A DNA stretch of 64,000 bases from Hemiscyllium ocellatum (lineage: Eukaryota): contig NC_083405.1 of NCBI RefSeq assembly GCF_020745735.1, positions 37,662,345-37,726,344 of the forward strand, given 5' to 3'. How positions within the stretch are numbered: position 1 is the stretch's first letter; each line of letters opens with the position of its first letter. This document shows, one piece after another, positions 25,020 to 38,570 of this stretch. Under the pieces are notes generated by a model. The model made no database searches, had not been told where the DNA came from, and was given only the letters and a program-made list of their open reading frames with translations. The position numbers and the translations under genes are program-made.

Positions 25020-26451
25020 GATTAAATAAGAAACAGGATACATTTTCACAAACCCACTGAATGTATAAATCTCCTGCATTCCTATCGCCAACTAGCAGAC
25101 CATTGTTCAAACTAATCACAATATTACATTATTTTTTCATGTACAGTTAACAACCAGATACTGACACCTTTTCCTGCATTAGTGTGGCATTCACTAGAAC
25201 TGTATACTATCCACTCCGAGAGGAATGGCTGCTATTATTTCCACACAGTGAGGATTTTATGAAATACGTGTAACCAATAGTGGAGAGAGACACATTATTG
25301 TACAGAATTAAAAAGGCTGTGCCCAGCAACTTTAGTCAACTATTTAGATTAAACATAACATAGGATATGGTCAGTTTCTGAGCTGAATTGTAGATGTGGG
25401 AGTTTGTCAGCACAGGAATGGCAATTTAACAAAGAGGTTACAGCCTAAGGCTAAACCTCAGGATGATACCAGTCACCAGATTGAGGTACAAAGTGGCCAG
25501 GTTGTGTTGCATGTGGAAACTGGGCAATAAACAAAACAATGGAGGAGAGTTGCAATGGGAGGAGATGGATGTCATGTCAAATATTTGATTTGCTTGTGAT
25601 GATTAAAATAATCAAGACATCATATACTTTCTAAAGCCAACTCACTCAAAAAAAACACAGAGAGACATGGGCAAAAGCAAACTGAATTGGAATTATACTG
25701 AGATAGAAGTTGATAGAGATAAATGAAATGCAACAGGAAGTATCAATGACAGCCTATAAAAAGATGTGTTCTGTCAGTTGAGTTAAATTTTGAGTAAAGC
25801 TGCATTACAGATGTTTGTCCATGTAGCAGTGTCATCAATTGTTTTCTGTTTTCCTTGACTTGAACCAAATTTCAGCATCTTTTATTTCCTTATCCAGACG
25901 ATATTTCATCTTCATTTAAGTAATGTATTGAACGGTCGCAACAAGGACAGTCTCTGAGGGAATATTTTTACTTGCTTGCCTCGAGTAGCAAGAAGGCTTT
26001 TTCAGGATTGCAGTCAGCAGAAATAGAAGCACATACAGTTGGCAAAAGTGGCAGCTTACATCAAGTATGACCTTTTTCTAGAAAATCTCCAGTGCCTCAC
26101 TGACGTCTGGTTAGTTTCATTTATAGAAAATGCAAGCATTCTGACGGAGTAGGGAAAGCTATCAGTAGAAAAGTATCACACTTGGTAATCCAAAACTATC
26201 TGGCAAAATTTAAGATTTTGTCAAATGGTATTTCAGCAACAGTTAGACATTATAATTTTAGAATTTTTTCAAAGAATATATGATATTGAGGAAATAGTGT
26301 TTAAAATGACATTGTCTGCAGTTTGCACTTCAGGACCCACAACTCTGGAGTGGACGAAAATCATCTCTGCTCTTGATGGACTACTAAAGAAAGGAAGAAG
26401 ATCTGCATTTGGACAGGACAATATTATTATTTAACATGTAACAATATTCAA

Positions 26452-29090
26452 TCTGATTTGATTTATTGTTGTCAAGTGTACCAAGATATAGTGTTGTTTT
26501 ACATGCTTTCCAGGCCGATCATACTTTACGAGTGCAACAGGGTAACAACACAGAGTGCCGGATCCAATGTTACAGCTGCGAGACGGTGCAGAGAGAGATC
26601 AACATTAACATTAAAGAGGTACATTCAAAAGTCTGATAACAGCGGGGAAGAAGCTGTTTGTGAATCAGTTGTATTTACATACAAATGTTTATATCTTCTA
26701 TCTGATAGAAGAGAGTGGATAGGTCTTTGGTATGTCGGTTTGCTTCCCTGATGCAGTGGGAAGTGCAGATAGAGTCAATGAATGGGAAGGCTCGTTTGTG
26801 TGATGGATTGGGCTGTTTTCACGACTCTCTGTAGTTTCTTTCAGTCTTGAGTAGAACAGTTGCTATACCACGCTGTGACGCATCCAGATAGGATCCTTTC
26901 TATGGTGCATCCATAACAACTTTTAAGAGTCTTTATTGACATGTCAAATTTCCTCGGCCTCTTGAGGAAGTAGGGACATTGTTGTGGTTTCTTGGCCATG
27001 CTGTTGTAGATGGACCAGGGCAGGTTGTTGGCGATCATCACTCCCAGGGGCTTGTCGCTCTCAGCTATCTCCATCTCAGCACCATTGCAGACAGGGACAT
27101 GCCCTCCTTTCCACTTCCTGAAGTCAGCAACCAGCTCCTTCATTTTGCTGATGTTGGCAGAGAGGTTGTTATCTTTACAGAGTACCGTTAAGCATTCTAA
27201 CTACTTCCTGTACTCCGTCTTGTCATTGTCTCCATCTCCACTCTGAGATCTGGCCTACAAAAGTGATATCATCAGCAAACTTGTAAATGGAGTTGATGTG
27301 GAATTTGGCTACACAATCACGAGTTTATAAGTAAGGGGCTGAGTACACAGCCTTGCGGGGCATCACTGTTGAGGATTATGGTGGAGGAAGTTTTGCCTAA
27401 TCTTACTGATTGCGTTCTGTGGATCAGGAAATTGAGAATCCAATTCGAGTAGGGAGCTCATTTAGAGATGAGTTTGTTTGGAATTATGGTGTTGAAGGTG
27501 GAACTGCAGTCAATAAGTAGGAGCCTGATGTAGGTATCCTTATTATCCAGATGTTCCAGGAATGAGTGTAGGGTCAGAGATGTAGCATTAGTATGGACTG
27601 TTGCACCAGAGGTAAATTGCAAAGGATCAAAGCAATTTGGTAGTCTGGAGTTGATGTGAGCCATGACCAACTTCTGCAAGTACTTCATAACTTATAGAGG
27701 TCAGAACCAAACAACGATAGTCATTGAGGCATGCTGTATGATTTTTCTTTGGCACCAGAATGATGGTCTTCTTCTTGAATAAAGTGGGGGTTTCAGTTTG
27801 TAGTAAGGAGAGGTTAAAGATAGCTGCGAACACTCCCGCCAGCTAGTCCACACAGGATCCGAATGCACAGCCAGGGATGCCATTCAGGCTGATCACTTTC
27901 CAGGGGTTCTCCTTAAGGAGGCTGATCTATTGTCTGTGGAAGTCACCAAGGATACAACTGCATCCAAGGCTGATGGGATAGATGACACCTTTTCATTGAC
28001 CTTCTGTTAAATGCAAATGAGTCCATTTGGTAGGGGTGAACTGTTGCCCATGATTCTGTTTGACTTTGTTGCCTATTACATTGTGTGAGCCTTGCCACAA
28101 ATGATGGATATCCGTGTGGTTAGACAGCGTCTCAAGCTTAGTTTGATATTGCCTCTTGGCATCTCTGATGACCTTACAAAAGTCGTACCTGGATTTCCTG
28201 TATAGGTCAAGTTTGTCTGACTTGAACACCTCAGACCCAGACTCCAGTAGGGAGTGGATGTCCCAGTTCATCTATGGTTTCCAGTTCTGAAATATTCAGA
28301 TTAACTTTGCCAGCAGGCAGTGATTTAACATTTACTGATGAAGGCAGTAACGGGAGTGGCATACTCATTTAAGTTGGCCACTGAGTTCTCGAATGTGGAC
28401 CAGTCCATTGACTCTAAGTGGTCTTATAGAAGACCTTCTGTTTCCTCAGACCAATGTTGCACTATGCTCTATACTGAGTCCTCACACTTCAACTGTTGGC
28501 CAGGAAGGGGAGCACAATGTTGTGGTCCGATTTCCCAAAATGCATTTGGGGGATGGAGTGGTAGGCATCTTTTATGGTTGTGCAGAAATGGCTAAGGATG
28601 TTCGGATCTCTAGTGGAACAGGAGATGTGTTGGTGGAGTATTAGCGGAATTTTGGTCGCACATCCTTGAGGTTGACCTGGTTGAAGTTACCGGCTATGAT
28701 CAACAGGGCTTTGAGGTATTCCTTCTCAACATTGCTTATAGTGTTGTATACTTCATCAAATATACTCTTCATTTCCGCTTGGAAAGGGATGTAGATCACT
28801 GTCAGGATAGTGGAGGTGAACTCGCAGCACTGGTAGCATGGATGGCATTTCACTGTTAAATATTCGAGGGTCCATGGAGCAGTAATTCAGTAGGTTCACC
28901 ACGCCTGAGCCAGAGAAGGATTATTCAGGAGGCAGACCCCAAACCCCTTTGCCTTGCCCGAGGATGCCAAGTGGTCCATTCGGTGAACTGAGAAACCCTC
29001 AGGTTGTAAGACACAGTCAGATGTAGCAGGGGTGAGCTTTGTCTCTGTGAAACAGAACGCACAACAGTCTCTCAATTCTTTTGATCTTTC
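26452..29090 (-). mobile_element. Rex1/Babar LINE, near full-length APE-RT ORF, degenerate
   Basis: ELRDCCAFCFTET, FTSTILTVIYIP, IFNLSLLQTETPTLFKKKTIILVPKK..CLNDYR, DPLQF, KELVADFRK, TIERILSGCVTAWY; tail gtacacttgacaacaataaa. Confidence 0.92.
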
Positions 29091-31220
29091 AGCTTTTTAA
29101 TATTTAATGCAATGATTGTTGATTAATATGAACAAGTTGGCCAGTTTCAGCATGACTGATTTTGGAAATAGCCACAGGTTATATGACTTTCCAAACTAGA
29201 GTTGAGTAAAGCCAATTAAGAAAAGGACTAATTAATAATTTGTTGGGGCAATGATACTGAATTAAAGGAGGATTGTGATTAAGTTCTGAGGTAATGGATC
29301 TGACCTCGGAATCATGCTTGCGAGTGGCTTTCAATTACCTGACCCTCTCTATCATTATATCCCTGAGGAATATTGATGAATTTCAAGTTAGATTGCACTG
29401 GATCTGTACAGGCTTTAAAAACTGTATCCTTAAATTAACTACTTTCTTCAAGATATATGTGTTAAGATTTTGCCTAGGGATAAGTTCTCAACTTAATAGC
29501 ATAGTCTTAAAGTTTGCTAAACATTAGAAGGCCTCAGTGATACTACATTTATTGATAGATCCAGCTGGATATATTGCAACATTTGAATCATTTATTTCGA
29601 AAACTGGCTTCTTCTTCTAAATGGGACAATGCTGGAATAAAACTTACCCCCATAACTCACATTTGATGGCTTCCAACTGCAGATTAACCACTTCAGTTCT
29701 GCAGACACACCTTCAATGAGGCAACAATTGCTCCTCATCAAAACACACCACACATACACATATCTCCAGCAACAGAGATTAAAAGATGGCAATTTCCTAA
29801 CCTAATTAAAAGAAATCAATGGCTGCAGTACCAGAAAACAGGATGCAGGCTTGGTGCACATTTTACCTTGGTTTTTGGAGGGGGTTTGAGCTTTAAAGGT
29901 TTCTGTCCTTAACTCTACAATTGGGTGAGCCCTTTAAAGTTCTGAGAAGCTGAAATAAGCTATTTCATTGACCCATGGAAATTCACTGGGCCTCCCATCA
30001 AAATCACTGGATATTCCCTCAACATGAAGATCGACCACTTTTTTCTCACTTTGAGAGCTAACTGCAGGCTTCAGTAGGTCAAGCAATTTTGATACGTTAT
30101 TCCAATAGTGATCTCGCAATCACAATGCTATCATCTTGAGTCACCTAGCCAGGAGCATCACAGCACAGTAAGGTGCTGGCATCTAGTGGCATGGCTGAAA
30201 AATATTGAACTTCTAAGTAAGAGCAGGAAAGCTCAATTCAGTAAAACTGCATATGACCCACAGTTGTTCATCAGATATTGAAACTGCATAACAAAATTTC
30301 TATTTTGTAGAATCTGTGCAGTTATAGGAAATATTCATTTGCAAATACTATTGATAATAAATAGGGGGCAACTTTACTTCTGATTTGAATGTTAATGTGC
30401 ACCTCTGTAATGTGCTTCATGGAATTCCTTCCTCTGTTTCATTTTAATCCTACTTTTTACCGATGATTAAATGCAAACACCTCTATTCACTTTTATTTCC
30501 AACATATACATGAATTTTTTGCAATCTCTCTCGAGACACTAGAAAGTGCTTGCGACAAAAGGAAATAAATTTTGTAGAAAATGTTGAATCTTGAGATGGT
30601 TCTTTAAATTTTCTCATGCACTTTAGATGGAGCACAGCAAAGAGGTTGCCACACCATTCCCATACTTCATCTTCAAGGCAGCTGTTCTTATCCATTTCCA
30701 TCAAAAAGACAGCATCTCACTGGAATTCTCTTACTTGTTCCTGTTATAGTCAGGTACATGCTCTTCCCTCTCCACAATTTAGCGCCTAAAATTATGAGCC
30801 ATCACACAGCTCCCTTCTGCGCTGTATATTTCTTCAGAGTCTGTATAACTCCTTACTCCTTCTTCAAATGTCCATCTATTGGCTTTTAAGATCTAAATAT
30901 GTCAAATAAATGTGTTATCATGATTTTTCACTTCCTTAAAAACAAATCTCTTCAATGTTATGACAGGCCTTAGGTCTTGTTCACAAATGTGGAATACCTT
31001 TATTAAAAGTAAGGAAGGGATTATGTGTAAAGCTGTAATGCAGCATCAAACATATTTTCACAATTATGTTTTTAAAATAAGACCTCGCCCATGCACATTC
31101 TGCTAAATTATTCACCTCCTGAAAGGAACATTAGGAAATACAAAGTAGAAATTTGAAAAATGAATCTAAAAATCAAATCTGTGTTGAACTTATTCTTGCA
31201 ACAAATGCAATTAACAACGA

Positions 31221-31415
31221 TGTGGGGGAGCCGGTATTGGACTGGGTTGGACAAAGTTAAAAATCACACATGACCAGGTTTGTTCAATATACCATTTCAG
31301 TTTCATGACATTGTAATCTTTTGTTATACATTCTGTGCCTTACGATCTTACACTCCGCAACCTCCTGATGAAGGAGCAGCGCTCTGAAAGCTACTGCTTT
31401 CAAATAAACCTGTTG
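31221..31415. mobile_element. Penelope-derived mini-element (second family) with hammerhead core and 14-bp TSD-like flanks
   Basis: gttaaaaatcacac, ctgatgaaggagcagcgctctgaaagcta (31365-31393); flanks gcaattaacaacga / gcaaataacaatga. Confidence 0.75.
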
Positions 31416-31549
31416 GCAAATAACAATGACAGCCTTGCAAAATTTATTAGTGAACTGGTCAGATTTTTTTTGCCATTTAAACTAATGAAATAGAAAAGCA
31501 GGTAAGCTATCTGATGGTAGTCCCATTATCTCAAGCAGGTAGAACCATT

Positions 31550-31665
31550 GTGGTTGCAGTGGTCCTGACCTTACACCTGAGCCAGAAAGTGCCTCGTTCA
31601 AATCACACCTTCGCTAAAGGTGTGCAATAACATCTCCGAAAAGATCAATTAGGAAAATGTCTATC
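31550..31665 (+). mobile_element. Short tRNA-derived SINE remnant (second copy about 38905-39022)
   Basis: ctgagccagaa..gttcaaatc head and aataacatctc.gaa.ag.t.att...aaaat.tctat shared by both copies. Confidence 0.55.
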
Positions 31666-32385
31666 TCAAGAAATGTTACTTCCTGAGCTGACCATAAATG
31701 TTGCTTTGTGCCTTCCTCCTCGAATTTCTAACAGCAAACAGAACAATCAAGTGCATCTTGCCTGGGTGAAAGTAAAAACAACATTTCACAGAATGATCGG
31801 TTCGTTATTCCTACTTTGTAAAACATCCAAAATTAATCTTTTGTCGTGTTTTTAAAATCTGAAAGTGAAGTGCAAATTTTCAGCTCACGTCAATTAGTCA
31901 TTATGACAGAGTAACTATGGAAACATGGCAATTACCTCCACAGTTGGCGGCTGATGTTGAAGTGATAAGGTGATAATTAGCAGCTAATTAAGTAAATCTT
32001 TGTTCATCATGGCATTAATATGGAAGTTGGTTCTTGGTTGTCCATTTCATGACAGGGAGTTCAACTTCATATTGAAAACCCATATGCGATTCTTGAAAAG
32101 ATTCGTTGAATTGAGAACAGCAGGAATGAGAAACAACTTATAATATTAAATTCTGACTATAGCCCTAAAATTCCATGTGACACAGTATCATTGTGCAAGG
32201 CTGCAACTATCTGTAACGACTGCCACTGGCCCTCAAAACATTCATTTGCATTTGGATAGCACCTTTCACAATCACAATGTCCCAAATGGGTCATATGTTT
32301 TGGCCATAATGCAGTGAAAGCCCTTGGTGCTCACATCACCTCAGTGAAAGATAAAGGTCAGGCTGACCATTCCCCGATAGTGGTA

Positions 32386-32880
32386 GAAAGGTCCCTCTGC
32401 CAAAGAATAAGAGGGGCCCATTCAGTAATTGGGACCCACTGTCACCTCAGCTATAGGCCAAGAGTTGCCTGTAAATATAGAGCATGGTGGACATCAAAGA
32501 CTTAATTTGTCATTAATAAGAAGATCTGAGTGGGTTTATTAACTGTCCATTTACCAAAGATTTATTGTCTATTAATAAAGTATATTTTTAAAATTGAACC
32601 AGAAATTCCCTGATAGTGGTACCGCCAAGGTGCGGTGGGGAAAGACCACCGTGTAAGTCCTTCTGCTGAAGATTAACAGGGGTCCATTCAGTAACTGGGC
32701 CCCGCTGATGCCTCAGCTAAATGCCAAGAGGTTGGATGGTTAACAAAGAGAATTGAGAACATCAATGACTCAATTTGCTCTTGGAAAGTAAAGACAGTAT
32801 ACATCTGAACGGCATCATCAACTGTGCACATACCAAAGATTTCTATGAATAAAGTATATTTTTGATAGTAATAAAAAAAA
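32386..32880 (+). mobile_element. Two tandem 3' ends of a Tx1/L1-like LINE (32386-32595, 32622-32880)
   Basis: Mutually homologous, both end aataaagtatattttt with an A-rich tail; second retains an ORF end AKVRWGKTTV*. Confidence 0.65.
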
Positions 32881-33476
32881 TTGCCTGTTAGCGATTCTGC
32901 ATTTACTGCAGTGCTGGAATTTGGCAAAGGTAGAATGAGAGCAGGGAATTAAATATCTTGGGAATAGTCAACCAGCTTGTCCATTTTCCACCATGCACTC
33001 TGGGACAACAGGGCAGATATGCACAGGAATACCTAGACTTGGATATTTGAAATGACATTAATCTTTCCCCAAAATGAACATTATTCAATTTGTCAAGAAA
33101 AAGCTTATTACAATATAGCACTTGGATGTAACATTTCCTAATTTCCTGATGGCAGGGATGGATCCATGCTGGGATTTGTGTATTTGTAGATTATGGAAAC
33201 AGTTGTCATTGAAATCATCAGCTGCCTCCAATTATCTCAGACTCTGGACGCCAGGAATGTGTAACCAAAGTGTGTAGTGTAGACCTGGTGACACCATCTC
33301 TTAATTTCGAGTAAGTTTTTGGATTTTCAGGGACCACCTTTTAAGAGGCATGATAGCCTTTTGGATATGGATATGGATATGGAAACGTTTGAGGGAGCTG
33401 AGTTACCCCTGGAGGAGGTAAGTTGCCCTTTGAAATGTTTAAAAGTAGACATGAATATACATAAAACTGAACTCAG

Positions 33477-34090
33477 TGGTGGCTCTGCGGTCAGCACTGC
33501 AGCCTCATAGTGCCAAGGACATATGGGTGGCACGGTGGCACAGTGGTTAGCACTGCTGCCTCACAGCGCCTGAGACCCAGGTTCAATTCCCGACTCAGGC
33601 GACTGACTGTGTGGAGTTTGCACGTTCTCCCCGTGTCTGCGTGGGTTTCCTCCGGGTGCTCCGGTTTCCTCCCACAGTCCAAAGATGTGCAGGTCAGGCG
33701 AATTGGCCATGCTAAATTGCCCGTAGTGTTAGGTAAGGGGTAAATGTAGGGGTATGGGTGGGTTGCGCTTCGGCGGGCCGGTGTGGACTTGTTGGGCCGA
33801 AGGGCCTGTTTCCACACTGTAAGTAATCTAATCTAATCTAATCTAAAAGGACTTGGGTTCAATTCCAGCCTTGGGTGACTGTCTATGTGGAGTTTGCACA
33901 TTTTCCCTGTGTCTGTGTGGGTTTCCTCCGAATGGCTTCCTCCCACAGTCCAAAAATGTGCAGGTCAGGTGGTTTGGCCAAGCTAAATTGCCCATAGTTT
34001 TAGGTGCATTCGTGTCAGAGGGAAATGGGTCAGTGTGGACTTGTTGGGCTGAAGGGCCTGTTTCCATACTGTAAGGGATCTAATCTAATA
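33477..34090 (+). mobile_element. Older HE1 SINE split by a younger HE1 insertion
   Basis: Head 33477-33520 continues directly at 33853 (ttgggttcaattcc); aaggac duplicated. Confidence 0.85.
33525..33846 (+). mobile_element. Young full-length HE1 V-SINE
   Basis: A box TGGCACAGTGG (33536), B box GGTTCAATTCC (33580), many intact CpGs, (taatc)n tail. Confidence 0.95.
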
Positions 34091-35439
34091 TAAAAACTGT
34101 CAAGCTCACTTGAACTGTTGAAAATCAAGTGCCAAAAGTTTCAAGAGGCCTGGTCAAAAGTTAATGCCAAAAGAGTCATCAAGCTATTGAAATGTTTAAA
34201 AATCCTATTCTTTAAATCTTTGAAAAAATGCCTGGCATACATAAAAATTATTGCTTGTTATTTCACTCAGCCTGTTGACATAGGCCTGAGGGTTTCTGTT
34301 ACTGAAGTATTGCTACAAGACTTATTTCACTGCCATCCACTATCACAGTAGCATGCTTGCCATTTTCCAGTTAATTGGCAGCTCCCACTGATGGTAGGCT
34401 TTTTGAAATGGGGCTATAAATGAACTTCAGTGATTATTGTTCCTAAGGCTTAAAAACTTGAATGAAAAGTTTATTCTTACAATGTATTATGTAGTCAAAG
34501 GAATGCTAACATAGTAAATGAGTGTTTATCAATGTAAATGAAGAATACAAAACACAGCAAAAGGACTGCAATGATTAAACATTATCAAGCTCATCATTAT
34601 CTTTTGAAAGGCAATTAAGTATGGGTAATAAATGCTGGTTCAGCCAGTGATGCCCACATCCCATGAATTAGGAAAAAAGAATATATTTTCCTTTCTCTTA
34701 CTGTTATTCATTGACTGATACTGGAGTATGGCTGATTTGTATTGTCAAGTGTGTGTGTCCATGTGTTTCCAAGCTGAAGAGTTGCAGGCAACTTTGGATG
34801 TCCAGTTTGCGTACTTATCACACAAGAGTGAACTAAAGTGGGAGATCTGAATTTCCTGATGTTGACTCAGTTGCTTACTTTCACCTCTTTAGATAAAATG
34901 TCAATATCTGTATAGTCAGTTTCATTTATTCCACATCGGTCTCCTGGAGATTCCTCAGTCTGTTTTTCGCTGATCACAGCATCAAATTTAGGTCTATCCT
35001 GTTTCATTTTCAAAAATTTTTGTCCGTGCCTATCTCTGGTATTCACATCAGAAGATGGACATTGAATTTTGATAGTTCCTTTATATTTTAATGTAACACC
35101 AGCCAGAAACTTCCAAAATTAGTTCCTGTTTATCAACTTGACAGCTCTTGGTCAACTACTTATGTTTATGTCTATTTAACTTTCCCTGTATCCCTCAGGG
35201 ATAACATCAGCTTGCATTTACTTTCAAGGTAGATAGAGAAACTGGCTCATTGTGTTTTTTTTCAGGTTTGATCACAAGGAGCAAGTACAGAGTGGCTTTT
35301 TTTAACTGCTGCTTTAACATAAAGGTCAGGATGTCCTTTGCTGTAGTATCATCAGCAGCAGCATTCACTGATTAAGTATGCACAGTATGTCTTTAGCAGT
35401 GAGGAAAAGGCAAGTGGACCTTCAAGCCTATTACCTCAA

Positions 35440-35930
35440 ACCCACCACGAACCCAAAATTTCTCGATTCAGTCTGTGTCGCGATTGTTCCTGACAACTGA
35501 CCATCGCATCTCTTTGGAACACAGAATAACTGAGATTTATAATCCACAGATTAAAGAAATCTCTCCTTATCCCAGACCTAAATGAACAACCCACCCCTGA
35601 AATTGTGAACCCTAGTTCTAAACCATCTAATCGATAGCAACAGCCAATCAAGCCTCTAAGAACTTTATGCATGTCAGTCAGATCACTTTTCATTCTTCTA
35701 AACTCCTGAGCATACAAGACTCACTCTGCATTATATTTTCTTATAATACAATCCCTACACCCTGAATCATTCTCCTGACCAAAATTGCCTACATTTACTG
35801 AGGTTAAGGTTAGTGTTCAGTGGACTCTCATCATATAATTGCAACTGTATAATTCTTTAATACAATTCTCCAATGTCCTGCAATAAAAATCAACGCACAA
35901 TTTGTTTTTTGCTAATTGCTTTGCATACCC
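35440..35930 (-). mobile_element. Ancient CR1 3' fragment
   Basis: ORF 35436..35717(-) EFRRMKSDLTDMHKVLRGL..IRRDFF. Confidence 0.7.
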
Positions 35931-36111
35931 ATTGACTTTGATAAAAATGAGTTCAATGTAGATCGAAGGACAATGGTTTGGGACGGGTTTGGCCATTGAG
36001 TGAAGGATTGCACTATGGTCTAGTCAGTTGTTACTCTAAGGGTCATTTTGTCCCAGTGTGTTATTCTGTTGAACTGGTTTGTTAACCTTATCTACTATAC
36101 TCAGCCAGTTA

Positions 36112-36330
36112 GGGGTCAGTTTGTTAGATAGCTGGCTTACAACACAACATGACACCAACACTACAGGCTCAATTTCTGTAACCACTGAGGTTACTATGAA
36201 GGTCCTTCCTTCTCAACTTTGTCCCTCACCGAGGATGTGGTAACCCTCAGGTAAAATCAACACCAGTTGCCTTTCTGTCTAATAAGAGTGGAGCTGTATG
36301 GTCTGGTAAGACAGTGATGACTTTACTTTT
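36112..36330 (+). mobile_element. Old tRNA-derived SINE (same family as 8271)
   Basis: tgaggttactatgaaggtccttccttctcaactttgtccctcacc..ggtctggtaagac. Confidence 0.7.
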
Positions 36331-37719
36331 ACTCAACCAGTGATGGTGACAAAGTTATTTCACCTAGTTATTCATACCGTGTCCATTCCTGCAGTCTAAT
36401 ACACAGCTCTTCTCCATCTTTCCAAGGGTTCTTCTCTTGTCTGCATTACATCATTCGTTAAGTCATTGGCTGATTTACATTAACCCTTTATTTCACGTCT
36501 CCATCCAAGTGTGATCTCCAGAAAACCTCCAACCATTTAAATTCCCACCATCACTCGGCACAGTCTTATCCTCACAGGTTGAATCGATCTGGTGACCTCA
36601 ATGCCCTATTTGGTCTTGATCTCAGTGCGGTTGGTCTTGGGTGATGGTCCGTCCTCAGCTCTCAATCTCTATGGACACTGGGTGAGAATTCGAAGCGAGT
36701 GCTTCTTATCCTTTCAATAATATTCATGCAGATCTTTCCTCATTCCTTTTGTTTTCAAAATATATCAGAGCTGTCTACCTTGAAAATTGTTTATCATATA
36801 AGGAATGATCGCTCCATTTGTTTGATAACTGTAATTTTGACTATTCGGTCTTGTGTGCATGCTTTCTGTTATGGTCGTAAAATGCACAGAATTTTTGCTT
36901 GAAGTCTGTGGGTAAAGAACTTAGATTGCTTTATCCTTTCTTCCTTCATATATTGTCACACAGTCAAGATCTTCTGCTGTTAATGTAGGAGTGAGCTTCT
37001 GTTGCAATAATAGGATTTAACTTTTTTAGCTTTCTGCCCATTAATAATTCTGCGAGTGAAAGACTGAGGCTTGAATATTATTTCTTTCAGCTAAGTGTCA
37101 GTTTCATTGAGTTTCACAGAGGATTGCTCCCCACAAGACACAGCAAGATCTGTCATGGCATATGACCAAACCCCAAACCTTGCCAGATTCTAGCCCCATT
37201 CCACAACCCACTGTACCCATAACAAATCACCTCCCAATAGATAGCCACCAAAAGACTGGCATTCTTTGCACCCATCCCATTTTTAAAAGGCCCAAATCGT
37301 CATTGACAATCCGGCATTGCCCTTCACTGGCATCATAATGACACAGCAGTCACAAAACTATGCAGCTCATAGCACACAGTCACCATGGCTGACACGCTAT
37401 CCCAAAAACATCTCCATTCTCTCACTCCAGTCATCATTTAATACCAGGCCGCACAGTTCCTCTGTCCCTCGCTATATCCAGACTAATCGCCTCTCTAACT
37501 CTCTGCTACTCTACCCACAATTCCCAGTGGAGACTAGCAGCCTGAAATATTCCAGTATGGGAATACCACTCACACGCAAGCAACTCAACAAACCCAATTA
37601 TGAGCTTATATTCGCCATCAGCAAAGGTGAACACAAACAAAATGAATAGTTGTTGCATCCTGATGAAGCCATCCAACTGCTGGCATGATGACCAACGGCC
37701 ATTTTACACGTCAACAATT

Positions 37720-38560
37720 ACCAGCTGCACCCAGCTTTCATTAGTGCCCAATGTAACTGAGCTCCATCATGGTCAATGACAGCTTCCTCCTGCCCAATAT
37801 TCTCACTTTCCTCCTTGGAAAAACATTCCCATTCCCCCAGTCCCTCAGCATCCAGTACATAGCCTTGCTGCCTGCTCCAGTAGTGCAGAGTATAGCATGC
37901 CGGGGTGATGTGGCACACTCTGCCTGGACTGTACTGGTCAGCATCTTCAGACCACACTGTGCACCAGAACTACAACTTCAGCAGCTCTGTTCACTGCTCT
38001 ACTACGGACCTGATTGAGGCATAGGCTCTTCCACAACGGTTAGTGGGTTGCACAGTGGCATCAAGTGTCATGGTCAAACTGGGAGTAACCTTTACCCCCA
38101 GTAGCCAATCTTGTTTGGCCATGGTCCCCAAAATGCACCAATTACACAAGAATGCTCGAGGATGTGGGAGTTATGGCAATTGCCAGGGCAGCAGGCACAC
38201 ACCTGCAGGAAGTAGTAATAAATCACTTGACCATTAATCAAATGGATTCCTTCCTGTTGATGTATTCCGCAGCATTGGGATATATCCCAGTCAGTGCCAC
38301 GTGTGTGCAGTTGATGGAACATGGCACCTGGGGGAAGCTAGCTATATTGCCGAATCCTCCTCCCCAGGCTGCAGCACTGACCTCACCATTGAGGAGGGGG
38401 GAGGAAATGAACTGGTATGATCCTGCTCAGATGGTATCAGTCACTGTGCTAAGGGGTTTGTGGGGGCACACGGCTGAGCGATCCCACACAGGTCACCATC
38501 ACTCCCTGGAAGGAGCCAGTCACAAACAAATTCAGAGCAAATTTCATAGCCGCCAAGAGA
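37720..38560 (-). mobile_element. PIF/Harbinger transposase relic (HARBI1-like DDE nuclease)
   Basis: Minus-strand frameshifted motifs ALNLFVTGSFQG, GDLCGIAQ, INCTHVAL, YINRK, CPGNCHNSHIL, QYSPGRVCHITPACYTLH. Confidence 0.85.
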
Positions 38561-38570
38561 CAGTGACCTC

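Noticed and set aside
33525-33600. tRNA gene
   Set aside because: A/B boxes continue into the V-domain and LINE-derived tail, so this is a SINE head; the same applies to the other tRNA-like heads.
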